Source: Psammoneis japonica (lineage: Eukaryota). Taken from it: a stretch of DNA of 64,000 nt. The translations under genes were made by a program, and so were the position numbers. The notes beneath the pieces were generated by a model that saw nothing but the letters and a program-made list of their open reading frames with translations, was not told the origin of the DNA and searched no databases. Location: positions 176,388 through 240,387 of the forward strand of contig QPGO01000100.1 in NCBI GenBank assembly GCA_008632985.1, read 5' to 3'. Below are positions 25,454-37,119 of this stretch, in pieces. Numbering within the stretch: position 1 is the first letter of the stretch; each line of letters opens with the position of its first letter.

Positions 25454-27212
25454 CCATGTGCTCAGTGGTTGAAGCATGCCTGACTTGACATCTGGTGAGT
25501 GCCTGTGTGCTGCTTGGTGAGCCAGTCTTCAAGTCCTTTTGGTTTGTTTGACTGCAGCTTTTGAGCCACAAAGGATCTGCGGTGCAGAACATGACATGTG
25601 TCAGCTTCTGTCTTGCCACAGCAGGGGCATGCTGGGCTCTCAATTTTCCCCTGTGGAGCCAAGTTCTTTTTTGATGCTGTGAAACCAGCTGACCACTTTG
25701 GCTGCCACAGGCAGCGGAATGCAGGACATCTCTGCATTGCCTTTCCAAACGGGTTTTTGTTCAAAAAGTCCATTGTTGAAACGTGCAACGCACCCAAAGA
25801 AGAGCATGTGGAACACATTGACAAACATGGGGATGCAGAATGGAGAGAATGCATTGGGTGGAACAGTGCAATCCTGGTGGAATGGCAAATTTGCGTGGGT
25901 GCCAACCAGTCATTGCCAGCAATGTTCCCAGTGCTGCGCTGCAAATAAAGAGAAGGGTGCGGGTGTGGCATGGCAAATGTGTTGTCTGTGGCTTGCCTTG
26001 AATGGGTGGCAAAGGCATGAGATTGAGACACTTTAGCACGTTCCGCAGAGATGCTTCCCCAAGTCAATCACACTGGTCTTTGTTCATTCTGGGTGGTCAT
26101 CAATGATTTCCTTTCCGCCATTGGGATTCGCTTCACCCCAAGAAGACATGTGTGCACCATGAGAGCCATGTTGTCTGCTGTTTCTTTGCATTTCTCAACA
26201 GCATCCAGGTGTCTGTCAAGGTCGTCAGGATCAACAAGCAGTGTTGCACAAACCATGAGCTTGTCCACCTTGAACAAGGGGTCCTCAGCACTCTTGAATC
26301 CCAAAAATTCCTGAACGCGGAGTGGAGTCTTTGTGCATCTGGTTGTTTCCCACCACCCTTGGTTCACACTGCTTGTCTTTGTCCCATGTCACTCTTGAGG
26401 GCCATGCCACAGACTTGTGTCACTTTGTCCCAATGGTCCAACAAGTGCTTGATGCAAGCATGGCCCTTTTCTGCAGTTCCTCAAGCTCTTGCAGCGCGGC
26501 TGCATGAGGCATGGTTGCAGCGACAAGAAAGGACTGCATCTTGGAAAAAGTCCTTCAGCGAATTTGACAAGGTGTGTTGGGACCAGCCACAAGCTGCGTC
26601 CGCAAGGAAAACCATGATTCCCAACAATGTTGTCAATGCAGCAAGGAAACAAAGGATGCCATTTCACACTGTGTCGCGATCTCTTCCTTTCTCAGCCGGC
26701 CGCACTGGAAGAAGCTCTGCGATGATGCTACGAAGCGTTCGTCTCGTTGCTCATGGCCAGATTGAAGACAGGAAATGGATGTCCGATGTAACCTCACCGG
26801 TGTGTCAGAACTTCAGAACTGAGTCAGAAAGGAGAGATGGACAGACGCTGTCGGAGAGAGATTTCGCTCGCTTTTGGCACGACTCACTGACAGCATCGCT
26901 TATTGCTCTCTACAGTATGTACATGATAGAAGTAGTAGCGCAAGCAGTATTATATATCAAACACGGAACAAGGAGCCAAGCGCTTTTGAGAGAAAGACAT
27001 TCCAATTGGTGACGAAGTGTGGGATGTCTGGGCGATTCTGGCAGTGAAAGCAAGAGAGACGAGTTTCAGTCGTGGATTGCCATTTTGAATTGAAAAAAAG
27101 GAATTCCATTGTGGTCGCGACTGACTCAGTCTATCGCGAAGAATTACACCTGGCACTTCTGTCATCATATTGATTTGAGATTTAGCTCACAATTTCATAA
27201 AATCAAAAAATC

Positions 27213-28169
27213 ATGAAGCAGACAGCATTTGTCACCTTCCTGTCTCTTGGCAATATTGTCAATGGCTTTTCGCCAAGGCCACCTGCCACCAGACTGATAT
27301 CCGCAACGACAATGCCAAGGCGGTCGCTAGTGCTGCCAATATCACACGCAGACACAATGAATACATGGAGGCTTCGAGCCTCCACACTTGAAGCTCAAGA
27401 CGTGGAAGGAACTACATCTGAGCTCCCTTTTTACGCAAAGGAAATTGAAGAAACCACCGCGGAAGACATTTCAGCGCTAGAGAAATCCTTTAACTTGCCT
27501 AGTCTACCAAGTGATGACTTCCAAGAACCTCACCAAGAATCGTCAGCACTCCCTGCGCCCAAAAAGGAGGAGGGCGACTTTGTTGAGTTTGCTGCACTAG
27601 GTTCTTGGATTTCCGGTCTGTCTGGCTTCTTGTTGGTGAATAATTTTGTCGGTCCATGGCCCGCCGCGTTGCTAAAAGCAATTCCAGTGAAATACTTTGG
27701 GCTAGCCCACGCTCTGTCGGCTATGCTGTTTGGAGGTGGCATTGTCCTAACGACACTGATCGAATGGTTGGCGACAGACTCAAAGAACTCTTCTGTTTTG
27801 AACTTTTACTTCGACAAAGTTCCGGCCCTCGATTCATTGGTGGTGTTGCCTGCCTTGACAGTTTCGATCCTATCTGGTGTTGGCCTAAGCGTGGATCACT
27901 ATGACAGTCTTGGTCAAGCTCCGTTTCACGTGGTTGGAGCCATATCGACCTTGCTGGCGTTTGCCGTTTGGTGGGCATCGACCGATCTAACGACTCAAGG
28001 TGCAGCAATGGAAGCGATTCAAGAGTGGACACAAGGAGATACGGAGAACACAGATGTTCCAGGGATTGTGCACTTTAGAAAGTTCAGCAACGTGGTGTCG
28101 TGCATCTTTGTGGCTGCAATATATGGATTCATGGTTCTCAAGCCTGGATTTACACCACCGCTTGTGTAA
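27213..28169 (+). CDS. Plastid-targeted 4-TM membrane protein (DUF2269-like)
   Basis: Signal peptide ending IVNG-FSP (ASAFAP-like) plus transit peptide. TM helices with HALSAMLFGGG and a terminal FMVLKP motif. Confidence 0.7.
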   Translation: MKQTAFVTFLSLGNIVNGFSPRPPATRLISATTMPRRSLVLPISHADTMNTWRLRASTLEAQDVEGTTSELPFYAKEIEETTAEDISALEKSFNLPSLPSDDFQEPHQESSALPAPKKEEGDFVEFAALGSWISGLSGFLLVNNFVGPWPAALLKAIPVKYFGLAHALSAMLFGGGIVLTTLIEWLATDSKNSSVLNFYFDKVPALDSLVVLPALTVSILSGVGLSVDHYDSLGQAPFHVVGAISTLLAFAVWWASTDLTTQGAAMEAIQEWTQGDTENTDVPGIVHFRKFSNVVSCIFVAAIYGFMVLKPGFTPPLV

Positions 28170-28239
28170 GCACTCCAATAATGGCCTCAGCAACCGTGTC
28201 TGCCCACTAAAATAACAAGAATTTACTCCTTCATCTGTC

Positions 28240-29252
28240 GCTTCCTTTTGTTTTGTAAACTTCATTTTCGCAGCCCACAAATTCCGTCCATCGGTGTAAG
28301 GACTGTGGCCCAAACTATCCCAAAGAGATGCGGTGTTTGTCCAATCGAGAAAAGATTAAGATCATTGTACTTGTAGGGCGCCGTTGGATCCACAAAAGTT
28401 GGGTAAACAATCGAAGACACATTTTTGAGTAGGACCGGGAGTAGATTGTTTTGGGAATAAAACTCTTGTGGGTCACTCCAGTCAATGAGGTTGTCGCTCG
28501 ATGCAAAATAAAACGTGCGACTCTTGTCTCCCCCCATACAACCCAATGTCGCGACAAGCTTTCCAAATAGGCGCTCCAGACCAGACCAGAGCAGCGCAGT
28601 TTGTAGGAAGATTGACTACGGCACAAACGTGCTGCCTATTATCACTTATCGTGTGATAGGGCGACCCGTACAGAATGGCATCAAACGAAGTTCCGTCCCG
28701 GCCACGAAAGCTTGAAGGATCAAGCGACGTACGAGGATGATCGAACGATACAGTTTCCAGGCGGCTGTGATCCAATTTTTGTGCGATTCCACATTGCAAA
28801 GTAATAATACCCCTTCCAGAAGAAAATGTTGCTAGGATCGCCCCATCCCCCATCTATATGCCAGATTGCTTTGATTGTAACGATAGGGAACGGTTGCCAC
28901 TAAATGATGCGGTGGTTCCTTCACGTGCTGCCAAGTACGCCCAAAGTTGTGAGAAACTCCCATCTCAATCGTCACTGTCCAGCGTTGAAGATCGAGGTTC
29001 CATTCATATACCTATAGGTGGTTGATCCGTCCACCATGTGAATTCGGTGTCGGGAATCCATAAAGACACGCACCACGCACGGGAATATCCGGCACATCAA
29101 TAATGCCATTGCACTTGTGAAAGGTTTCAACCGAGTTCCAGACATTGATTGTCCCCAATCGGAGTAACCTTTACGTCATAAGAATCAGCAACGGCAGCCT
29201 CGTAGCTTGTGCTAAAGTGGGATAACGACAGCAACGTCGAGAACGATATCAT
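28240..29252 (-). pseudogene. Disrupted secreted protein with Asp-box-like motif (possible beta-propeller)
   Basis: Fragments in several frames: MISFSTLLSL..., DVPDIPVR, GVSHNFGRTWQH, DPSNIFFWKGYYY, FASSDNLIDWSDP and YPTFVDP. Multiple frameshifts or stops and an apparent internal gap near 28985. Confidence 0.5.
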
Positions 29253-29419
29253 GGTTGAAAGTTGAAATGATGATGTTGCTTGCGTCGTGCACGTGCGTCG
29301 CGACGTCGAAGCAACGAGATCTCGAGCTCTCGCATGCGGGAGCTCGAACACTGCTTGACTGTTTGACTGCTTGAGGTACCCCGGAAACCAGACGACGCCG
29401 ATGGAGGGAACCATTAAAA

Positions 29420-31130
29420 ACTCCAGGTGATTGCAAGGGTCCGTCTTGACCATTCATTGTCGTGTTCATTCATGCCAGCAATGAGCAGCCTGTCTTCGAT
29501 TGACCATGTCGCGCTGCACCGCACCAGCTTCTTCACTTCACAGCCAAAAGTTTTCGCGCAGTGTGGCAGCACGAGCAAGATCCAAAAGCACTTTCAGCTT
29601 TGTCCCATGTTTGCCTCTTTCCTCTTGGGAACACACAAACTCAAAGCCATCACTGGACACTGTGTTTGGCAATGTGGCCTGCGTTGACGTGTTCCAGCCG
29701 CACATGAACCAAAACGTGCAAAAAAACATTCGTGCGATTTTTGCGCCCAGTCTCTGACTTGCGAATGAGAGCTTTTGCCACCAAAAGCACAGATTCATCC
29801 AAATGCAAATGTTTTGCAACACCAACAAGACTCGTGTCAGTGTTGCAATGTCATTGTTTTTTTGCTCTCAATGTTTTCTCACAATGCGACAAACGAGTTG
29901 TGCAACACGACGGATGATTTTCGCCACAAAATTTTTGAAGATTCATGTGCTGTTGCTGTTTGAAGGCTGACACAAAACATTTGTGTGTGTGTGCATTTTG
30001 CAGTGTCAATCTGCTTGCACAAAAATTTCTGCAGTGTGAGTGTGCACTGATGCACAGTCAGTGTTGTTTCCACATGAAAATTTTGTGAAATGCGTGTCAT
30101 GAGCCACAAAGATGACTTGAACACCGATGAAAAAATCATTTAAATGTTCATGCTCCAATTGATGTAAAACCCAGAGTGTGCAAGCATTTTGACAAACAGC
30201 CTCAATGCATGAAGCTCACACAAATTGTGCTTGAAACGGATTGTCATTTTGAGTGTCACCTGGGTCTGGAGCACGTCTGTTGCAGAAAAACAAGCACTTA
30301 AAAAGAGAGCCTTGTCTCCTGCAGCTTGACCCAAGTTCACAAGAACCCCGCTCTCCTCCATGCTGGCAGACCCTTTTTCCACTTTGTGTTTGAAACTCAA
30401 AACAACTTGTGCAACTTTGGGCTACAACAGACCATGTTGTTTGTGCCAACTCACACTTTGTGTCATTTAGAACCATCATTGGGGAAATGGAGTGCACTGG
30501 GCCCTGACTTGCTCTGGCTGGGGTCATCAAAGCAGCAGCACAGAAGTTTCTCCCTTGTGCTGCCTCCAGAGTGTTGAGCTTGCAGAGCACAGACAATGTC
30601 AAGGAGTCATTGTGCTGGGTCAGACAGTTGTGCCAAGAGACTTGCCTTCTTCTGGATGGACTGTGGTCAAAGGCATTTTGTTGTGCCAGTGCTTCATGTT
30701 GGATGCATGATCAGCATGCTCCAGGACAGCAAAGATTGGTTTCAATGCACACTTCCATGCTCCATTGCACTGCTTGAATCATCCGCGGTGGCAGCCATTT
30801 TCACTTGCTTGTTTTGCCAGTGTCATCCATCCAACACCATCCATCCAACCTTCGCAACCAAGTTGTGAGTTCAAGGACAGCAGGCAGTGCGCAGTTTGGT
30901 TTCACGCATTTCACGATTCAAAGCCGAAGGGGGGCAGCATGATGACTGATGATCGAGAGTGAGGAACTCCAACTGCTGTGCTGTGACATGGGGGGAGTTT
31001 TGTTGGCCTCCCCCACAACCTTGCCGCCGTCGGTCACACGAGACACAGAGCTTCATTCATTCCACAGATGATTCGGATTTGTCCACTGCGATGATGATGT
31101 CACGGACAAATGGAGGCAGACATGACATGC
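29420..31130. repeat. TpA/CpG-eroded domain 4, containing a captured copy of a host gene 5' end
   Basis: TA depletion. 30729-30934 matches 21511-21706 in blocks. Confidence 0.6.
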
Positions 31131-31325
31131 TTTCTACTCTACTCTTCTCTAGTCGCTAGAGTAACTAGCTAGCAGAACTGGGGGGGACACGCAATTTTCT
31201 GCCTCGGAGGGCAGTCGTAAGCTATGGCACGTAGGGCCCCATCAGCACTCTCTCTCTAGTAGAGAGAGGATGAGGCCGCGACAAGTATTTACAAAACCTT
31301 ATATTAACAAAAGGGTTGCTAGCTA

Positions 31326-33436
31326 TCATACACTATCGTCTGAATTCTGTTCTTCTTCGTCTTCAATGTCAACCTCTTGTGATGTGTTGCTTTGACGTTC
31401 ATGCTCAGATACAGCTAAAGTATCCAGTTCATTGAGGCACCACTCGACAGCATCGTGTGATCTGACAAAGATGTGTTCCTCTCCAACTGCTTCTGCCAAC
31501 CCGCTCGATCGAAACCTTTGCATTACCATGACGTTGGGATTACAAAAGCAGAGCTGGATGGATTGCTCCTTGTAGGATTGGAGCATGTCCATTAGTATAT
31601 GCAAGCCACTGGTGTCAACATGTGGCACTGGACTAAGGTCGAGAATGAGGAACTTGACACTTTCCGTGTTGCCCTCTTCTGCCATCATTTTCTCCGCGGC
31701 AAGTTCGTATTTCGCCAACTTTTCTCTGATATTTTGAGTATTCAAAAAGTGGATCGAGGCGTCAATACGAACCATGAGAATTCCCTCGTATCGTTCTGCC
31801 TCTGGGTACTGCTTGACGTTGCGATAAACAGTGGTGCCTGGAAGTCGTCCCAGCACTGCAGTATGCGGATACGCAGACTCGTAAATCACCAACAAGAGCG
31901 AAACAATCACGGCAATCGCCAACCCAATCTCCACTCCCAAAAACATGGTGCCAATACAGGCAACAAGCCAGACAAGGAAATCAAACTTGTGTACCTTCCA
32001 CAAGTAAATGGCTTCGGGATAGTCCAAAAGACCAATGACTCCCGAAATCACAATGGCGGCCAACACACAGAGTGGCAAGTGTTCGAAAATGGGAGTCAAA
32101 AACAACAACACTAGTCCCACAAGGCATGCTGTCACAATGCCGCTAAAGCCACTCTGGGCGTTGCTTTCATTGTTGACGGCACTTCGACTGAAACTCCCCG
32201 TGACGGGGTACGCTTGGAACATGGCTCCACAAAAGTTAGCCATCCCGAGTCCAATCAACTCGAGTGAGCTGTCCAACTCGTACTTGTGCTTGGCGGCCAG
32301 TTGCTTCGCAATTGCAATGCTTTCCATAAAACCAACAATAGTAATGGTGACTACGACCACCATGAGTGATCCAAGGTCTTCAATCGGTGTCCAGAGGTTT
32401 GCGGTAAAGTTGGGTAGTCCAGATGGAATGGCTCCGACAATAGGAATGCCCTTGTTCTCCAAATCACCAGCCCATGTAACGATAATCGAGAGAACTGTGA
32501 CGGTCAATGGTCCAAGCGCGCGGAGGAACTTGAATCTCGCATAAGTCTTTCCAACATGCTTCATGAGTATCAGCAAGAAAATACTCGCCATACCCATCAA
32601 GAAGGTTTTGTAGTTGAACTGATCGATATCCTTGAAAAGGTTGTACAACAATTCGTGAAGGACCTTGCTGCTCTCGATCGGGTACCCAAAAATGTATTTG
32701 AGTTGAGACATGCCAATAATCACGGCCGCGCCTGTTGTAAATCCACTCACAACCGCATGCGATAGGAAAGCTGTGACAAATCCCAATCGCAGCAAACCCA
32801 TGGCAATGTACATGACTCCCACCAAGAAGGACGTTTGAATGGCAAGTGTCGTGTACCGAGTTGTGTAATCCTCGTCTTCCGGCGACCTGCCAGCGTCCGA
32901 CAGTAGCCTTGTTAGCTCTGTCTGGAGCATGAGCGAAATGAGAGCGACAGGTCCCACCGCGAGTTGCCGGGAACTTCCAAAGAACGCATACGCAAAGACG
33001 GGAACAAATGCACTGTAGAGACCAAACTCGACAGGCAGCCCAGCAAGCTTTGCATAAGACATGCTCTGTGGAATCACCATTACTCCCACCGTCAATCCGG
33101 CAGAATGTCTGTAAGTAAATTTTCTTTCCATTTGTAAGGTTTGAGCCATTTCCACATGGGCAGAAAGGTACTAATCCATTCGTCACGAGTGCGACTGTCT
33201 ATTGTGTCCTTGCCTGATTTGTAAGCCTTCTTTTGCCAAGACATGGCTCTCTTTTGTATCGGCGGTACTCGATGTCGGACGTTCTGCATGCCATCTTTTG
33301 TAATGTGCAGCAGATTCTTTCGATGAGATGACATGAAACTAGGCTCATCGTCGAAAGAAGAAGAGTCGCTGGAACTCCGCGTGCTACCTGTATCGTCGGT
33401 CATGATCTTCTCATCGTCCAAGTCCAGTCGATTCAT
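31326..33436 (-). CDS. SulP/SLC26 sulfate (anion) transporter with STAS domain; frameshift near 33100
   Basis: AGLTVGVMVIPQSMSYAKLAGLP, GSSRQLAVGP, YPVTGSFSRSAVN and STAS (LDLSPVPHVDTSG). N-terminus in ORF 33092-33436. Confidence 0.92.
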
Positions 33437-34402
33437 CTTTGGAGAGTTTGTAATGAAGATTGGGAGAGGGACAAATTATTATGAAAAAAAGTCGAGGTAC
33501 TCGCTGGGCACTCGACAGAAAAATAATCCCCAAGCTGTTGTCCGTCAACAGTTGTTCTCTACTCTAATTGTTCTACGAGGAAATGTGATGGAGGCTGTAC
33601 CTTGGCGGTACTGGTAAAAAAAGCGTTTCGTTGTCTTTCCCCTCGGGTTCAATCTGCGTTTGGATTTGACAAACGTCAACCGATTTTGTGACCCACGCAC
33701 CGTGTGTGTCTTTTTGGTGATGACGTTATTCTTTCATCCTATCATTTGCTTCCACGTGTAGTATCTTTTGGCCTCAAAATGCCAGGGGACACGAAACGAT
33801 CAATCCGATTCCATTTGGTGTTCGCTCGCTTCCGTTGAGGATCATAAAGTTTATACGTGCTGTATATTTTGATGGCAGATTGAAATTTTGAAAAGCCAAA
33901 AATCGAAGAGGGAAGAGGCGATGATCATGATGGCAGCAACGCACCCCAAAATCAACGTCATACACCTATCACTCTAGCATGACAGTCTTTCATAAGAAGC
34001 GACATGGCACATGAGACATTCTAGTGGCAAGACGAGAATCGGAGCGCGTTGGACGCCAGAATGCCGCCTTGGCGTGCTCCACTGTGGCGGCCCTTCTTGC
34101 CAAATAATGGTAGTACGGTATGGTGCTCAACAAGAGGGAGCACTGAAACAGTTGCGTTTCAAGTAATCGTACAGTACTCTTTTCAAATGGGAGTGAATGT
34201 GTCGAGACCTTGGCATAAAGAGTATCGGCATCACTGAAGGGGCGTTCTTCTGGGTATGCACAGGTCGAGGTTCATCGAGTATTCTCTGGATGAGCTTGAC
34301 ACGAGTTAGCTTTGCTATATAAGGTTTGGCGCCTCTTATGCTCTAGCAATGCTTCCAAGCTGTAAAAAACATTCAGGTACTCTAAATAATATGCACGGCA
34401 CT

Positions 34403-36779
34403 TTACTCGCTCGAAGCCCCAGATCTTGAATACCGCCAGGCATTGAAGATGAGACAGCTAGTCACACCCACGAAACCCATCATACAAGCGACTGCCATGG
34501 ATGTAAGTCCAGTGAAACAGAAATAAATCCATTGTACCCGCTTCCATTGGAAACGCCAAAAGATGGTAGAAACGAAAAACAAGTAGGCACCGGAAGAAGG
34601 CCCTATCGCAAAGCTGACCCACCACCAGTCGTAATTTCTTGAACGCAGTTGCCGGTACCATAGGAGCAGAGACACCATTGCTGTAAGAAATACGTAGAGG
34701 AGCCAATCAATCAAAATAAAAGACGTGAAGTAGTATTGCCCTTGGAACATGGAAGAAAGGAAGAAAAACAACTCGAGGTAAATAGACGACAAAGGAAGCA
34801 ATCCGCCGATCAGCATCCTGACAGGGAGAGTGTCTATACGGCTCTTTGTTTTGGTAGTCGCACATGCTTCATCGCTGCTGCGGTGGAGAGTCGGGAGTAT
34901 CTTGGTAATGCCTCGACGAAATCCAAGGAGTGCAGACGGGATCGAAATTGAAGTCATCACTCCGAGCATTCCCAACAGGAAGAGTGAAGTGGAGCGTCCC
35001 TCGAGCCTATACGTACTACCTTCATGCGACTTCAAGTACTCTTCTATACCTAGCCATGCGGCAAGCACCAATCCTGGGAAACCAAGTGCAACAGCTGAAG
35101 CTGCAAGGATTGCACCCTTGAGGTGCCCACTGAATGCTCTGTAGAAACTACCAGCGACAAAGCCACCAACGGAGCCCATCATCGTAAAGACAACAATGGT
35201 TAAAAGTATGACCCCACCACGGATTGGTGCTGCCACAAGACCGCATCCAAATATTGTAACGCACAGGAGCATGGTGCAAAATATATGCGCTCCGGTTCCA
35301 CAAAGAACCGATAGGAGCCATGGTGCATGTTTTGGAACCGAGAACACTTGTTCTGTCAATGGCCACAAGCGACGCTGCTGCTCAGTAACCGCTGCATCAC
35401 CTTCATCATTGTTGTCTTCCATGAGCAAAGGTTGGTACCGTAAGTCCCGAGCAACAAGAAAGCACAGCAGTCCGCACAGAAGTATGTGCGCCACAACGTC
35501 GAGCACTGCAAAGATCGTTACTGTGGCAGCCGATAATGAAAGCAAAGAAAAAGAAGAAGCCAGCGGAACAAATATGCTAAAGGCAAGGGCAAGGAGGCTG
35601 ATGAATCCGCATAAGACCAAGAATATGAAGAGCCCCTTGATGAGGCGCTCGCAGAGACGCTGATTCCACCAGTGCTGCGGAGCGCCACTTTCTTCATCAT
35701 CTTGGTTCAATTGCTCTGCGACATATCGAAGATCTCGGATGAATAGACTGAGAAAGAGAGAACTGATAATCAATGCTGTAGCCAAACTGTAGAGAACGGG
35801 CGACAATCTCATTCCAGAAGGAATGGCATGATCCATTGTCAAGTAAATGTCCCAACGATTTGCCCATAGTAAGTCCCGATTCTCAATCCAAGTGACATCG
35901 TACGTGAAGAGAACCTTGCCTGTGGCCAACTGCGCCTCTCGACCGGCAGCTGTGATCATATCATAATTGGTGTGTTCTGGGTCATTCTTGGAAGGTAAAC
36001 AGGAAGAAATTGGGTTTTCAATGTTGACATCATTTGCACTCGTGCTGTTGTTGATTTCCTGATGGATGGAGAAATGTTGCACCGTGAAACGTACAATGTG
36101 AAACCGATTAGAGTGTCGGTTGATGGGATGATAATGAATGTAAAAATTGAAGTGATTGTGGATATAAGTTTTGTTTTCCAGGGGATCAATGTAGCCAATC
36201 GGTATTCCTCCCCAACATCTTGTTGTAATGGTCCTATCGTCTTCTACCCTCGAAGCCGACGGTAAGTTGTCCAGGATAAAATTATGATGATAATCTTGGC
36301 GAACGGCCCTATCGAAAGCAGCAGATCCGTTTTTCCCAAGGTCTAGAACGCAAACGTGTTGACAATACATATCTTTTTTCATCACGAGATGGAATGGTGA
36401 GGTCTGCATGTAATCTCCTGCAAGTTTCTGCCCGAGATTCTGTTTGAACAGGTTAGGCCCGCCCTCGGGTTTACAGAACGGAAGGCGGTAATAATGTAAA
36501 GGCACAGGATTCTCAAGAGATGTCAATTTATTAACGGCCATGTTGATCCTGCATTATTCAACACGAAGTCAATGCAACGAGGAGTTATGGATTTGAGAAT
36601 GCCACAGAACAAATACGACTCAAAAGATTCGCTCTTCCTTTTATCAATCCGATGACTCACCATTCGCCTTCCGCAAATGCGATCGGTTTAACTCCTGGAC
36701 GATAAAATGCATCAACCTCTTCTGTTAGGAGAAAACATAAGAGCGCCATCACCAGCGCCAAACATCCCGGATACGTCAT
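34403..36779 (-). CDS. TM9SF/EMP70 nonaspanin family protein; intron 36549-36660
   Basis: Exon 1 MTYPGCLALVMALLCFLLTEEVDAFYRPGVKP spliced (GTGAG...GCAG) to INMAVNKLTS. YYRLPFC, ILDNLP, FTYDVTW, RWDIYL, GGLLP and YDWWWVSF follow. Confidence 0.88.
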
Positions 36780-37119
36780 GGTCGATACAAGGCAGAGTGT
36801 CAAAGCAGGCAAGAAGTGCGACGCTTGACGCGACGAAAACGTGAGACGCGAATACGCGAAATCTTGGTCGTGCTCGACAGATTGTACGTCAAGCGGAAAT
36901 TGGGCAGAATTTCTTCTTGCAACTCCTCCCTGCGGACATCAGACCGCGCCCCGTAGCTTCTGGTACTTTTCCAACGACGAGAGCACAAATTCAAAAATCA
37001 CCAACAGTGAAAATGGCGTTCGTCTCTGCGACGCTCATTTCGAAGACGATTGGCTCCACACCGCCGACAACCCCCATCCTATGACTGTTGTGTACACATT
37101 ATGATATTATGGTGAGAAA

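Larger units (their letters stand above)
21950..26100 (-). mobile_element. 3' relic of a non-LTR (LINE-like) retrotransposon, interrupted by an LTR element
   Basis: Minus-strand remnants GKAMQRCPAFRCLWQPKWSAGF...ESPACPCCGKTEADTCHVLH (CxxC..H zinc finger typical of LINE ORF2 C-termini) at about 25580-25750. Across the LTR insertion: DQMAREHLLAHGFL and VALDMWHH. TpA-eroded. Confidence 0.6.
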
